Shown piece by piece: positions 11,001-25,686 of a DNA stretch of 64,000 nt. How positions within the stretch are numbered: position 1 is the first letter of the stretch; the number at the start of each line of letters is the position of its first letter. The notes beneath the pieces are model-generated. The model saw nothing but the letters and a program-made list of their open reading frames with translations. It did no database searches and was not told the origin of the DNA. The position numbers were made by a program, and so were the translations under genes. Source of the DNA: Geosiphon pyriformis uo1 (lineage: Eukaryota; Fungi; Glomeromycota); assembly GCA_016748015.1 (NCBI GenBank), contig JAAOMT010000563.1, positions 475,504-539,503 of the forward strand, written 5' to 3'.

Positions 11001-12798
11001 TTGCAGAAGAAAAAAGTTGTGCTTGGGAATATCAAACACTCAGGTAATGAAAAAGATATCTCTCTGAACAAGTTCGAGCTTGGTAACAATGTGTTCTCTG
11101 ATGTAGATAGTATGTCTGGTGACGAAAAAAGTGCTAACATGACTGGCATTAATGTTGGGTCTCTTCTGGATTCAGCTGCCAACACTCCTAAAGCCAAGCA
11201 TATTAATACTGATGCCATTTTTGGTTCTCCTTTTGGATCTCCTAATTTTGTTATGGATAATGATAATGATGTCTCTTTTCCTTCTCACCTTTCAATTTCT
11301 CTAAAAAAGAAATGGATTGACCCAAAAATTATTAAAACTCAGGTTGAGGTGTTTGCCAAAAAATCCTTTGCTCTTAATATTAATCTTAGTGCTGTGGAAA
11401 GGAAATCAGCAATGGCAAAAACCCAGTTAATTAGAAATTTTTTTTTATTAGTCAATGGTTTTGGGGGGCCACTACCCCCTCAAAATTTGAAGGAATTATC
11501 TGATCTATCTTCACTTCCGAAAAAAGCATGAATATGGCCATATTATTGGCCAGAGAAAAAAGGATCAATGTAAACAGCGATCTTAAAAGACAAAAAATGA
11601 GGTCAGATTGGGCTGTAATAATCAAAAAAATTCCCATGGATGCACTTAAAGATATGATTGTTGCCACAGTATCTGAATTTGGGGAAATTAAGTTGATTAA
11701 AATTCAATTAATTAGAATGTGGCAAAAGACTGTAGTGGAGTTTGCTGAATTGAACCAAGCTGATTTATTGGTCTCAAAGTGGTCATTCTTGATTGGTAAA
11801 AATTCTGTGTATGTAGCCAAAGCAGTGGAGAATTGTAAGACTTGGGCATCTAGGAATTGGTTCAAAGCACTTCTGTTTACTCTACCTGTAGGAACAACTG
11901 CTCATGATTTGGGCAATCTTTTGGAAAGGGCTGGTAGAAAAACATGCATCATAAACAGGTCCATAGAAACTGGTAATAAAATTTGCTGTGCAGTAGTCAG
12001 CTTTATATCTAATGATAATCTAGAATCTGTCTTTCACACAAAGCCTATTTTCAATGAGATAAAACTCTCTTGGGCTAGAATGGATTTGGTTCATTGTGAG
12101 AAGTGTAGGCATTTTGGACATTCGGCTCTTGAGTGTAATACATCAGATGTAATCATGCTGCCATCATCTAAGGGATTATACAAAAGAGTGCTTCAGAGGA
12201 ATTTCATTTTCAGCTTACTAAATTGTATGAAAAAAAATGTGTTCTAATATCTTGCCCTGCTGCTTTTGGTGGCAAATCTTGGGCCCAAGTGGTCTCATTC
12301 TCTAAGTTTTCTGGTAATGTTCACTTTGAATTTGGTTTTAGTCTTTCTCTTTATAAACTTTCAGGTATTGGTGGTATTTTTCCTCCTGTGTTTACAGTCT
12401 CCTCTGGCTTAAGTGATTGTTTAGTGGTCTTAGAAAAATTCTTGGAGCTTTTGGTGGATCAGATGTCTGATATTATGAAGAAGCTGAGTTTTGTGGAATT
12501 GGTGCCTCTGACATTTAAGTTGTCTGTCTCACTTTTGGTTGTTTCAGTGCCTTTGGGCTCTGTTGTGGATTCCAATATAACTCTAGATAATATGTTGATA
12601 TTTTCTGTCTTTCCTCCTTTAGTTATAGCAGACACAGTTGCAGATCTTAACTTGAGTAGCTCTAAAGTTTTAACCACCAAGGTGGGTGGATTGGAATCTA
12701 AGTTGGTGGCTCTGGAAGTGTCAGTTGAGTCAGTTTTGGGGAAGTTAAATTAATTGTGTTCTGGTTTGGATTCACCAGCTCATATTATTTCTTAATGA
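11001..12798 (+). pseudogene. LINE copy 2 ORF1
   Basis: RRM-like IIKKIPMD..VSEFGEIKLIKIQL..VVEF, CCHC knuckle and the same C-terminal TTKVGGLESK segment; frameshifts near 11460 and 12200. Confidence 0.8.
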
Positions 12799-15700
12799 GT
12801 GATTTGGTCTGGAAATTTGCCATGTGTAATGTTAGGAGTTTAAACAATTTAGCTAAACAGAAAGATGCTATTAGATAACATAAAGATTCTTGCAATTCAG
12901 TTTCTATTTTTACTGAAACTAAGCTTAAAGGTTGTGAGCCATGGATTAAAAATAGGTTTTTTGGTTTGAAAGTTTTTAGCTCTAGGATGAACTCTAGACA
13001 TTGTAAGTCAGGGGTTGTAATCATTTTGAATAACAATTTTGCTCATCATGTGTGTAAAATTTCAAAGATCCTTAGATGTCTTATTTCTGTTTATCTTCTT
13101 TTTGTCAACAAGGCTTCTGTTATGATTTTGGGTCTGTATGCTGGTGCTTCAGCTGGTGTAAGATTCAAGCAGGCTTTTGCTGTCAATGTTCTTATTGTAT
13201 CGGCAATTAGCTCTAGCTTTTATATTCTTTTTGGTGGTAATTTTAATGAGAATGGGGCTGGGCGTAATGTGAGTTTCAAAAAATGCTCAGATTTGGGTTT
13301 ACACAATATACTTTCAGCAAGTTTCATATCCAAGTTTCCTATGTGGTACAATTCCAGAGGGGTAAAGAAGACTATTGATTTCATTTTTGTGAGTAATTAT
13401 CTTTTGTCAGCTGTGTTTGGTAAATGCATTGGTAGAGTTTCTGACTATTTTAATATTGATCACTTGGCTGTGTTGATTTCAGTGGGGCTGGATGGCCTTT
13501 TAGACAAGCAGTTAAATACATTGCACAAGCTTGCAAACACAGACTATTGGAAGTTTAATTTTAAGGACTCAGATGCTGCTAAATGGAAATGTTTTGATGA
13601 TTGTGCTGCTGCTGATATATTGCTTTTGAGAGATGACTTTACTGCTGCTAAGGATCTTGGTGACTTGAATGCTATGTAGAAACTTTTGGAAAAGATGTTA
13701 ACAAAGTCAGCAGACTCTATTTTTTCTAAACATTGGTACAGTACTTTTGACTGTTCCAGAAACAAACATTCATCTAGATTCTACAAGCTTGAATTGTTAA
13801 TTGTCAAGATAGTTAAGGCTCTGAGTATGGGTAATTCTCTGAGATTTGTTTGTTTTGTTAAAATTTGGTCAGTTTTGGATGATGTGGAATCCTCCAAAAT
13901 TTCTGGTTTGCTTGATACATATAGTGGTTCTGTAGAGGTTTTTAAACAATTGTCAGTTGCTAAAAAACATTATTATAAGACTAAATATATCGAATCTAAG
14001 CTGGCTAAGAATGTTTCTATCAACAGAGCAATTAGTAAACACATGGATGACTTTGTTTCAGGAAAGGGTAATATGATCAATAGTATTTTAGAGCACCTTT
14101 TTTGCAAGGTTGTTCTTGATTACTTGGTATTGAATAGAGACTTAATTCTGGAACTGGTTGAAGTAAAAGCCAAAGTTGATGATATTATGGTTGATTGAAC
14201 TAGGAAACACAAAGTACCTGAATCAATGCCTGATCTGTGGTCCCGTCAGTATGCTCCTTTAGACTATGTAGTTGACAATGCTTTTTCTAGAATAATGAAT
14301 GAAATCAAGTTGGATGATTTATGTGCAGTTGTAAAGAATTTGCCAGATGACAAAGCTGCTGGCCTCTTGGGTGTCTCAAATGAACTTTGAAAACATAGTG
14401 GTGATTTGGTGTTAGGTTGTCTTCTGGACTTGCTGAATTCTTGCCTCGTGTATGAAGATGTTCTAGCTTTGTGGAAATGCATCTGGATCTCTATGATTTC
14501 TAAATCATACAAATAGAAAAGATGCCTTACTAATACATGGCCAATTGCTTTAATAGAAACTGCTTATAAAATTTTGTCAAAAATTTTTTCTGACCATATA
14601 TTTTTGGCTTGCAACACATTTAATGTTCTCAGAGGTGACAATTTTTCAGTCTTAAAAGGTACTTCAACTCAGTTGTCTATGTTTGTTATTGGATCAATTA
14701 TAGAGGATGTCTTGAAAAAGAATAGAGAACTTTGGCTGGTATTGCAAGACATATGAAAGACTTATGACTTTGTAAGATAGTTTCATCTAAGGTCTAGTTT
14801 GAGATGCATTAAAATGTGCAATAGATTTATTAAATTTTTTGAAAATATCCATTTGAACAGAACCAACAAGGTTATAACAGATTTTGGTCTCTCTGATAGT
14901 TATAAGGTGTTGAATGGACTTGACCAAGGTGAAGTGTTTTCTCTACTTCTTTGGAGAATTTTTTATGATCCTCTTTTGTGTGAAATCAAAAGTCAAGAAC
15001 ACTTGTGTGAATACAGAATTGACTCAAAATTTGTTGCTAAGTCAGACAAAGTGGAATCACAGACAGAGATAACATCTTTCTTTGCTGCTAAGGTGTTTAT
15101 GAATGATACAATCTGGGTGGGCAGTAGTCAAGCTGCCACCCAACATATTTTGAATGTTGTAAGTGAGTTTTTTGCTCTCAATAATATTTCTATAAACACA
15201 GAAAAAACTGTCACCATTTCTCTCAATCAAAGAGTAAAGGACATTTCCTTGACCATTAGTGGCACACTGATTGCTGTGGCCAGAAAGAGTAAATCTTATC
15301 ATTATTTGGGCATTTTTTTATCAATGGAAGGATTTTTAAAGCTGAGTTTGCTGAAAATGCATTCAGATGTGCACTTTTTTTCGAATGTGGTTTTGCACAA
15401 AGCTATATCTGATAAACAATTCTGTTATCTAGTATTATCTATCTTGCAATCTATTATCAGCTACAGGATCCAGTTTAGTTTCATTCTTAGTGCTGTTTGC
15501 TCTAGATGAGATGCTATTATTAGGAAAAGCTTAAAATTTAAGGCACATCTCCCTCATAATTTTCTTATAACTGTATTGTTACATTTTTCATTTTATGGCA
15601 TCAAAACATTCATCCAGGTACAGTCTGAAAGTAAATCATCTTCCATCATTAATTTTGCAAATGCTCCAGGTATTTTGGGATGATTTTTCATTTATTAGAG

Positions 15701-18700
15701 TTTGGATTTGCAAGTTGCCAGCTGGTTACCTGTTCATCTGTTGTGCCATCCTATCAGATTACAGGTCAGTCCTAGGGATAATTTTTTCATTCTGTGGACT
15801 GTCTTTTTTTACTCTGTTAACAGCTTTTTGTTGCTCCATTGGAATGCCAATCTCTAAAGTTCTCAGTGACAGTATATTCTTCAGAGTGGCCTGTTCACTG
15901 ATGCACTATGGAATTGCTTTTGTAGATTAACTGTTAAACAAAAAGAGTAAGTGCTTTGACTGGAAATGCTTTAAGCGTTAGAAGTGGTTGGATCTATGTG
16001 GCTCTGTTCTGGTCTGGTTTGACTCGGCTATTCACTTTTTGGGTGCTCGTTTGCTAGCTGCTAATGTCAAGCCATATATGTCTGTTGTTTGTCTAGTGTA
16101 TTCTGTTGTTGCCAGTGCAATCAGTGAGACTTAAACTATTCTTTTGAATTCTGGTCTCGTTTGATATGTATATAGATAGTTTTGTAAAACAATTTGGCTC
16201 TTGTTTTGTCATAGCCGGTGCTGCTGCATTCTTCTCAAAGTTTGGTCTTAGTGTTGGTATGAGAGTTTAGGGAGTTATGTCATCTACTTTAGTAGAACTT
16301 AAGGTCATTGCTCTCACACTTGCCTGTCTCTCTTCAGGTAGCAGTGTTTTTATTCACTTTGATAGCCAGGCTGCTCTTTCTGCTTGTTTAGACAAATTGC
16401 TTTTGGCTCATCCTAATTTTAGAAAGAATCTATGAATGAAGTGTAGGCAAATAGTCAACTTTATTAGAAGGAAGTCACTTGCTATGGCATGGCTCAAAGT
16501 CAAAGACTATTCTGGCATCCTGGGAAATGAGCATGCTAATGAGATTGTCTCAGATGCCTGCTGATGTGATGTCTTATTTTCTACTTATGTCAATGAGTTT
16601 TTTTTAAAATTGAGTGATCTGGTGCTATTTTGTAATGTTAGACACTATATTAGAGACTTTTTTTGAACATTATATCAAACAAATTGGGAAAATAAGTTTA
16701 GTTNNNNNNNNNNNNNNNNNNNNATCATTATTTGGGCATTTTTTTATCAATGGAAGGATTTTTAAAGCTGAGTTTGCTGAAAATGCATTCAGATGTGCAC
16801 TTTTTTTCGAATGTGGTTTTGCACAAAGCTATATCTGATAAACAATTCTGTTATCTAGTATTATCTATCTTGCAATCTATTATCAGCTACAGGATCCAGT
16901 TTAGTTTCATTCTTAGTGCTGTTTGCTCTAGATGAGATGCTATTATTAGGAAAAGCTTAAAATTTAAGGCACATCTCCCTCATAATTTTCTTATAACTGT
17001 ATTGTTACATTTTTCATTTTATGGCATCAAAACATTCATCCAGGTACAGTCTGAAAGTAAATCATCTTCCATCATTAATTTTGCAAATGCTCCAGGTATT
17101 TTGGGATGATTTTTCATTTATTAGAGTTTGGATTTGCAAGTTGCCAGCTGGTTACCTGTTCATCTGTTGTGCCATCCTATCAGATTACAGGTCAGTCCTA
17201 GGGATAATTTTTTCATTCTGTGGACTGTCTTTTTTTACTCTGTTAACAGCTTTTTGTTGCTCCATTGGAATGCCAATCTCTAAAGTTCTCAGTGACAGTA
17301 TATTCTTCAGAGTGGCCTGTTCACTGATGCACTATGGAATTGCTTTTGTAGATTAACTGTTAAACAAAAAGAGTAAGTGCTTTGACTGGAAATGCTTTAA
17401 GCGTTAGAAGTGGTTGGATCTATGTGGCTCTGTTCTGGTCTGGTTTGACTCGGCTATTCACTTTTTGGGTGCTCGTTTGCTAGCTGCTAATGTCAAGCCA
17501 TATATGTCTGTTGTTTGTCTAGTGTATTCTGTTGTTGCCAGTGCAATCAGTGAGACTTAAACTATTCTTTTGAATTCTGGTCTCGTTTGATATGTATATA
17601 GATAGTTTTGTAAAACAATTTGGCTCTTGTTTTGTCATAGCCGGTGCTGCTGCATTCTTCTCAAAGTTTGGTCTTAGTGTTGGTATGAGAGTTTAGGGAG
17701 TTATGTCATCTACTTTAGTAGAACTTAAGGTCATTGCTCTCACACTTGCCTGTCTCTCTTCAGGTAGCAGTGTTTTTATTCACTTTGATAGCCAGGCTGC
17801 TCTTTCTGCTTGTTTAGACAAATTGCTTTTGGCTCATCCTAATTTTAGAAAGAATCTATGAATGAAGTGTAGGCAAATAGTCAACTTTATTAGAAGGAAG
17901 TCACTTGCTATGGCATGGCTCAAAGTCAAAGACTATTCTGGCATCCTGGGAAATGAGCATGCTAATGAGATTGTCTCAGATGCCTGCTGATGTGATGTCT
18001 TATTTTCTACTTATGTCAATGAGTTTTTTTTAAAATTGAGTGATCTGGTGCTATTTTGTAATGTTAGACACTATATTAGAGACTTTTTTTGAACATTATA
18101 TCAAACAAATTGGGAAAATAAGTTTAGTTCCAAAATTAGCAATACTTGTAATATCAATTTAGTGGATTGGAAAAGAACTTTTGCAGTTTGGCACCCTAAT
18201 AGTCATATAGCCATTTGCTTGTAGTAGCCTGCAAGCATGTGTACTGTATTGCTTATCCTAGTGTTAAGTATCTGTTTTGTAATAAGATTGACACATCTGA
18301 ACATTCTTTTGTGTGCTTCTCTGATATGTTGGCTCATAATAAAATCTTATCTGGGTTTTGTGCAAGATGGTCATCACTGTCTAATGTCATTGTCTCTTTT
18401 TCTATGATGGTGTAGGACCTATCTTTTAGTGTGAGTAATGCTGGATTTTATTCCATGTTGGCTAAAGGCTTTGTGCTGAATGGCTGGTACTGTGAGGCTT
18501 TGGATGTTCTTGGTTGCTCTGTTGTAGCTGATGCAATGGTGATTGATTTTGTCAGGGACCTGGCTTCATCACACAGATTTGTGATATGATACGGAAGATC
18601 TAATCACCAATTGTCCATAGAAAAAGCAGAAAAAATAGTCACTGATAGCAGTATGTTGCATTTAGTGATTATTATTAGAGATAGGTTGAGTGTTGGAGTT

Positions 18701-18811
18701 GTCAGATTGCTTAATATAGATGAGACCAGAAGAGTATATTCTGGTCTACATACTAGTTGTCAGATTTTTTCAGATATGGAGAGTATGATATCAGTGATAA
18801 CTAATTTGTAA
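12795..18811 (+). pseudogene. LINE copy 2 ORF2 (APE-RT-RNase H-CCHC)
   Basis: MSDLVWKFAMCNVRSL start; motifs collinear with copy 1; many stops. Confidence 0.88.
15298..18129. repeat. Apparently exact 1406-bp direct duplication (15298-16703 = 16724-18129) flanking a 20-N gap; probable scaffolding artefact
   Basis: Identical ORF-track proteins at offset 1426; both units abut the N run at 16704-16723. Confidence 0.93.
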
Positions 18812-19341
18812 TATAGTTTAGACTGGTCTGAGTGGCTGGTTACATATTATAAGTGCATAAATTGCATTTAGCTTTGTAATGTATATATATCTCATGTTTT
18901 CTAAATAGCAATTGGACTACATTCGTTAAACCAAAATAAAAAATATATATATATAATTAAATTTATTCAAAAAAGTTATTTTTTACATAATAACAACTAA
19001 TTTATAATATTTAAAACCAAACCAATTATTAAAAAATACCAATATTTTTTTAATTATAAAAATTTTTTTTTATTTTAATATTTAAAAAGAAAAATATTTA
19101 TTAATTTTATTATTAAAATATTTTTAATATTTAACCTACTTTATTTTAATATTGTTAAAATTTTGATCTAATTTTGTTAATCTAATATGGTTTTTAAATA
19201 TTAAAAAAATATTGCAAACTAAAATTTAAATTTAAATATCAAGTGATCATTATTTTATAACTGTAATAAATTTTAACATATAATCTAAATTTTACAAAAT
19301 TAGTAAAATTAGTTTAAAATTATTTACTTGTCAATTTTAAT

Positions 19342-19387
19342 TAAAAATAAAAATAAAAATAAAAATAAAAATAAAAATAAAATAAAA
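19342..19387 (+). repeat. (TAAAAA)n microsatellite
   Basis: Directly visible tandem hexamer. Confidence 0.85.
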
Positions 19388-22039
19388 TGAATTTAAAATA
19401 TGTTTTTTCAATATAAATTTTGTAAATTATAAATTTTTTAATTATTAAATTTCAGTTTAAATTAGAGTTTTAATTTTTAAAAATCAATTTTTTATCAAAA
19501 TAATTAAAAAATCAAAAAATTATAATTTTAAAAATATTATTTTAATATTTAAAATATTAATAAAAATTAATTAATTGAAAATTAAAAATAAATAAATATA
19601 TAACTAAGACATAAAAAGATGATAATAATATATATTTAAAAAAAAAGCTTTTTTTTATATAAAATTTATTTAATATTAATAAAATTTTAAAACAATTTTT
19701 ATTTAAATTAATTAAATTTTACTTAAACTATTTAATATTTATTTAAAATACATAAATTTTAACTTAAACTATTTGAATTTTATTTTATATTAAAAATCTA
19801 TAATTTTGTATATAATTTACATATTCTTTGTAATTTAATAGTAATTTTGTTATATATTATTAATTAAAAGTAATCATTAATTTAAAATAAATTAATTAAT
19901 TAAAAATTAGATAATAAATAATTAAACAAATACAATAAATTATAAATTATAAAAAATTATAATATTTTTTTTATGTTTTTTAAACTTTTTTATTTTTGTT
20001 AATAATAATATACTAATTAGAATTAAGTTTAATAAATATTTTGCTACTATTATTATCTAAATAAAAAAAAACTGTTGTTTATAATCAGATTTAAATTAAA
20101 TATTACACAACTGGTATAAATATCAAAAAAACTTAAAAAATTAATACTATATTTTTTACAAGAAAAAAATAGACTATAAAATAAAATTAATATTCTAGAA
20201 AAATGTTAAAAAGACTTTTAAATATTATAATTATTAAAAAAAATAGAAAAAGTAGGTTTTTATTTTTTTATTATTTGTTTTAATTGTAACTATAAAAATA
20301 TAAAAAAAAAGTTTTTTTTTAAAATACTAAAAAACAATTTTTTTAATTGTATAATATTTATGCTATTTTATTTTAACAATATTAATTTTATTTTGGTTTT
20401 AAACAATAATTTTATACTTATTTTAAATTATAATAATAATATGTTAATTAAATTTAATTTGAATTAATATTTAATTGTTATTTTTTAAGTAAAAAAACTA
20501 GCTAATAATAAACAAAATATAATTAATATGTGATAACAAAAAATATTAAGCTTTTAGAAATTATTTTATATAATTAAAAATATGTATATATATAATAATT
20601 TTATTTTAAAACAAAAAATTTAGATTAAAATTAAAAAAAAACAAATTTTTTTTTATTTCAAATAAAAATATTTTTAAAATATTTATAAATTAAATTTTAT
20701 TTTTTTGTTTTTAAAACTTATTTATTTTTTTTTAAAAAAATCAAGTATTATTAACATAATACTTTTTAAATTATAACTTAAACTAATTATTCTTAATTAT
20801 GATTATTAATAATATATTAATTTTTTTTTAGGAATTATTGGTTAGTCCAAAAAAGCCAAAAGTATATAAAAAATAGTTTGATATTTTAATGGTTTAATAA
20901 ATTAAAAATATTAAAAATAACAAATTTATAGCTTATTAAAAAACAAAAAACAATATTAGACTTTATTAATTATAATTAAGTAATACAAAGTAAACTAAAT
21001 ATTATTATAATTAGTTATTGTATTAACTCTATATTATTTAAGAAAAATGCTTCAAAAAAACACTGTTTAATTGTTTTTACTTTTAAGAAGGGTTTTTAAA
21101 TAGTAAATTATAAAAAAAAGTTTGCTTGTTTTTTATATTTTTGGCTTTAAATATAATTATAAAAACACAAAAAAAATAGATTATTAAATATTAAAAAACA
21201 AAAATTAATAATTTTTAATCTGTTATAATCGAATCTTTTAATTTTTAATTTTATTAATTATCTAATTATATTTAGTTATATGTATTAACCACCCTATTTT
21301 TAGAATTAGTTATTAATAAATAAATATAATATTATTAAATAAAAAATAGTTTAAATTTTAAATTTTGTAAAATTTCAATTTGTTGATTTTTTACAGCTTT
21401 AAAAAAATTTATTGTTTAGAAAATAACAAAACATTTTTATAATAAATAAAATATTTAATCGACTAGAACAATATTATTGTTTTAGAAATAAATATTTGCA
21501 TTGTATAATTGATTTTTTAAACAAAATACTTTTTTTTAAATACAGGCTATTTTATTATGTTAAAACTTTATAATTATATATAAAAATAATAATACAAAAA
21601 TCAACAAAATCCAAATAAATATTAAATAAAAATCATTTGAAATTTTAAATTATATTTTTAATAAATTTTGTTTTTTTATTGGTTTTGCTATTATATTTTA
21701 AAAATTTCATCAAATGTCTTGTTAAGTTTTTATATATTGATTCAACTTTTTAAATTTTTATTTATATATATATTCTATTATATATTTAGTTTTACATTAT
21801 TTATTTGTGAAATTTTGATTATTATATTATATTTAATATTATTAAATTTGTTATAATAAAAAATTAAAATTTTGTATTAGATTTTAAATTTAATATTCAG
21901 GTTAAAAATTAATTATGAAAAAAATGAAACTCCAGTGCTAATTTGATTTTTCCCAAAGACTGCAGATTGAAATATCAATATTTCAAAGCTTTTTATATCT
22001 TACCAATGATACCTCAACAATACATTCACGCTATATACG

Positions 22040-23125
22040 CCCAATATCAGAACTTTTCATGCTCATTCGCAAATTTTAGCAGCAAGATCACATATTTTGT
22101 CGTAGCACTCTCTAGTAATTGGGTTAAAAGGGAAAACCAAGCCATTATCTTCGCTGAACTTAATATTTCAAAGTATTTTGGCCAATATGAATTCATATTT
22201 TTATTTTCTTGTAAAGATATATTTATAATAACGAGATTTCTCTTGAGTACCTACCATTTTAGAATTGCTTGTTTACCGCTGATGAGCTTATTGTAGAGAA
22301 TGTTATTGATTCCCTTGAAGACTTCTTGATTTAACACCACCCAAAAGAGCTAGAAAAAAATTTCGGCAATTTGCACAAAACTTCATTTATGCATGATTCT
22401 TTCAAAAAGTTACAAAATTTCTCCACCAAAATAGCTTTCAACAATCCAGCTATAGTCTTCAACTCGCAAGATTTCACCTCCCTTAGTGAAAATGCTCTTA
22501 TCTTAATATAGAAGAATCTGAAATATATGAAAAAATTATGGAATGTGTAGTTGGTAAATTGGATAACAATATTCAGGTGAACAAAGTTCTTTACTGGACA
22601 GATGAAAACTTTAACACCTTTAAGGAATCTATTGAAAGGCTTCTACCTTTAATTCGCTTCTTTAATATATCTTCAATTGACTTCTATTACAAAGTAAAAC
22701 TATTTGCGAGAATCTTAACTAAAACTTTATATAAAGATCTTTTACATCATTATCTCGTACCGGGTAGTCATCAAATATGCGATAATAAAGGAGCAACAGT
22801 AAGCGTAATAAAAGTGAAAGGAACTGGTCAGCTAATTAGCGATTACAACCCGCAATCGTGGCATTCTGGGTATGATTGGTTGGAGGGAAATGGAAGTTTT
22901 ATTTTTTCCCTTGGAGATGGCAAAGCTGGAAATGGTAAACTTAGCAAATTTTTTAGCGCATATGGACCTTATGGTGAGACCAAATTCTGGGCCCTATTTT
23001 GGACGAAAGTAGTCCAGGGTGCTATTGTAAAAAGACACCAGATTATGAGCATGTAATAATGTCTGGATTAGAAAATCAACAGGTGAAATCTTTTTTGGAA
23101 GAGTATCAAGTTTTTCAAATTTCTG
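22040..23125 (+). pseudogene. BTB/POZ-TLDc domain protein pseudogene (copy A)
   Basis: FHAHSQIL, YFVVALSSNWVKRE, LLPLIRFFNISS, CDNKGATVSVIKVKGTGQLISDYNPQSW, SFIFSL, EEYQVFQI; frameshifts, lost intron donor and an internal deletion relative to the 37-38 kb copy. Confidence 0.88.
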
Positions 23126-25443
23126 GAGACTGCTACCTAAAAACATTTCGGCAGAATATTTTCTAGGTTACTATTTTCAGTTTCACAATAAAATTAAAAA
23201 AATATTATATAATCAATTTTAAACATCAAAAAAACTTTAGAACTTAAAAGTCGTTTTAAATAAAAAGTGATCTCTGAATTTTTAAGTTTTTATCCAAGGG
23301 CCAAACCAAAAACATAAACCATTTTTATTTGAGTAGCAATAGAATATTATTTTTTCATTAGGTAATTGAGTAAAAAAATATAATTTGGCAAATATTCAAT
23401 AAGGAAACTTTGAGAGAGTAAAGGTTTTCAATTAAAATATAATCTTAGCTTGGAGACACAAACTTTTTAATAAAAAAATTTCTTTAAAAAATATTTTTTA
23501 AATTGGATTTATTTTCAAATAAACTCAAATTACTTAATTTTGCTTCCTTTTTGAACTGAAATTAAAATTTTTCAATATTCAAAAAAATGCAATCAAAAAT
23601 ATTTCTAAGCTATCAATAACATTATGTTTTTTTGCTTTGTTCCTTCAAAATTGTAAATTTGCTTTTAAACAATAAATTTTCTAAAACAAATTTAACTAAT
23701 AAAAGTTTTTATAACCTGAAAGTTATTTAAAATATTTTTTATTTAAAATAATCAAGTTTATCATTTATTACTCATATTGCACTCAAAATATGAAAGAATT
23801 TTTTATTTTAATAATTAAGGTAACCATTTTTATGCTTCTTTTTATATATATTATATTCTGAAGTATGAAAAAAGAAAAAAAAATTAATTGCACTCAAAAA
23901 GCTAAATATTGCATAATAATAATATCATTAATCTTTTCTATGATAATTAAAGATTTAATTCGTAATTTATTAAAATATTAAATTTAACAATAAATATCAA
24001 AAATATAAATGGCATTTTAAATTTTTTAAAACTTAAAAAATAAAACTATTGGAAATTTTTAATTAAATTTTTTTGGTAAATGTGATTATTGATTCAAAAA
24101 TTTAATAAGTCATAGTGAATATAGACTTTTTGGCACATTCCAAAGATTAATATGGAGCCAAAACAAAAAGAGTAGTAAAATGTAAAAAATTAAACTTACA
24201 AGAAAACTTTGTAAGAATTAAGAATTAGAATTGGGATTTTTTTTTTCAAAACCATTTTCATTAAAAATCTTACAATAATTTAAGAAGTTAACATAAATAA
24301 AATTAGCAAGATGTAAACAAAGTTTTATGATCAATGAAGTTTATCAACTTATTTTTGAATTGATTAGTTTTTCATTATAAATTTTGATATTAAATAAATG
24401 ATAAAACAAAAAAAAACAGATGTTTCATCGTTAAATCACTGAAACCAAGGCTGAAATAAGATTGTCTGTGTGTAATTGACACATAGATATAATTGGTTGT
24501 TTATTTTAAGAAGTATTTTATGTAAATAAGATAATTGATCAAGAATTTTGGTATTTTTTTTTAATTCTATTTATGAAGATATTATCAATAAGATATATGG
24601 GCAAATCTTTTGAAATTTAAAATTCAATTATAAGAATTTTGAATTATAAGTATATTGATAATTGGGAAAACCATCTTTTTCTTAAAGTTTTTTACAAAAT
24701 TGTACAGAAAATTTTTAATCATATTTTACTTTTTAAAATAATATATGTATATTAAATGCTTTAAGTTTCGTATTAAAGTAAAAACATGAATTTACAATTA
24801 AGTAAAAAATATATTTTCGATTTTACCTTTTTATGAAATTAATAAGTTTACAGTAATTAAAATATATAATATATTTGATTTTATTAGAAAGGTGTTAGAT
24901 TTTTTATAATTTATTTGATATATTTTAATAATAATCAATCAATCAATCAATTAATATCTCTGAGTTTTTTATTAGGCTCTAAAAAGAATAGACAAAACTT
25001 TGTTGTTTTTTTTATCTGTGTAAAGAACTATTTTGCAAACATTTGAACATTTTAATAAAATGTTCAAATTATTTCTTTTAATTATTTGATTCATATTTGA
25101 TATGTTCTATTGGGTTTAGATGGTGTTCTTTTTATGTTTAGGATCTCTGCGACGGGATAAATTTTAGCTTTTCGTCATGAAATAATTTATGAGGGAAAGA
25201 ATTTAATCCGGTTCCACTCAAAATATTTTCCGTATTATCTTGACAGTTAATTATTTGCAAAAGATATAGAGTACCTTTAGACAAACTTTGAGAGAAAGAT
25301 AATGACATCAATTTCTTCTTCATTAGATCCGTTTTATATGATACAAGCAAGAGAAAAACCTTGTTGTTTCTTCTCATGTTGATTTTGAAACCTGGCAAAA
25401 TATTTATATCATCATCTGCCAAATATGTGTAATTGATGATGAT

Positions 25444-25491
25444 GATAAATGATAAATGATAAATGATAAATGATAAATGATAATGATAAAT
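25444..25491 (+). repeat. (GATAAAT)n heptamer microsatellite
   Basis: About 6 visible tandem units upstream of the OTU gene. Confidence 0.85.
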
Positions 25492-25686
25492 AAAAGATCA
25501 TTTCTAACTGGTGCATCGATCGAGTTTAACAATATAAAGTTAAATCCTAAAAAATCGTACTTGATTTAAAAGAAAAGTTTCCATTTAATATTTTCACAAA
25601 ATAAAACCACTTTTCAATTATCAATATAAGCATTTTTCAATATCATAAAAATTCAGAAGCTCTGTTTTTAAAAAATTTAAACGATC

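Larger units (their letters stand above)
10900..18943 (+). mobile_element. LINE copy 2 (divergent subfamily), near full length, decayed; length inflated by a 1.4-kb duplication
   Basis: Same architecture as copy 1: ORF1 with CEKCRHFGHSALEC; ORF2 from ATG 12795 with GGNFNE, GLDQGEVFS, FMND (decayed FVDD), RNase H remnants; A-rich tail ~18928-18943. Confidence 0.9.

Noticed and set aside
15298-18129. Tandem duplication within LINE copy 2 as a biological event
   Set aside because: The units appear identical, including all decay lesions, and both abut a 20-N gap: a typical unmerged contig overlap.
18950-21900. Possible genes or a recognisable TE in the extreme AT tract (including ORF 21668-21856)
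   Set aside because: The ORF is a low-complexity F/I/L/Y product of base composition; no motif could be recovered, although the tract is probably eroded repeat.
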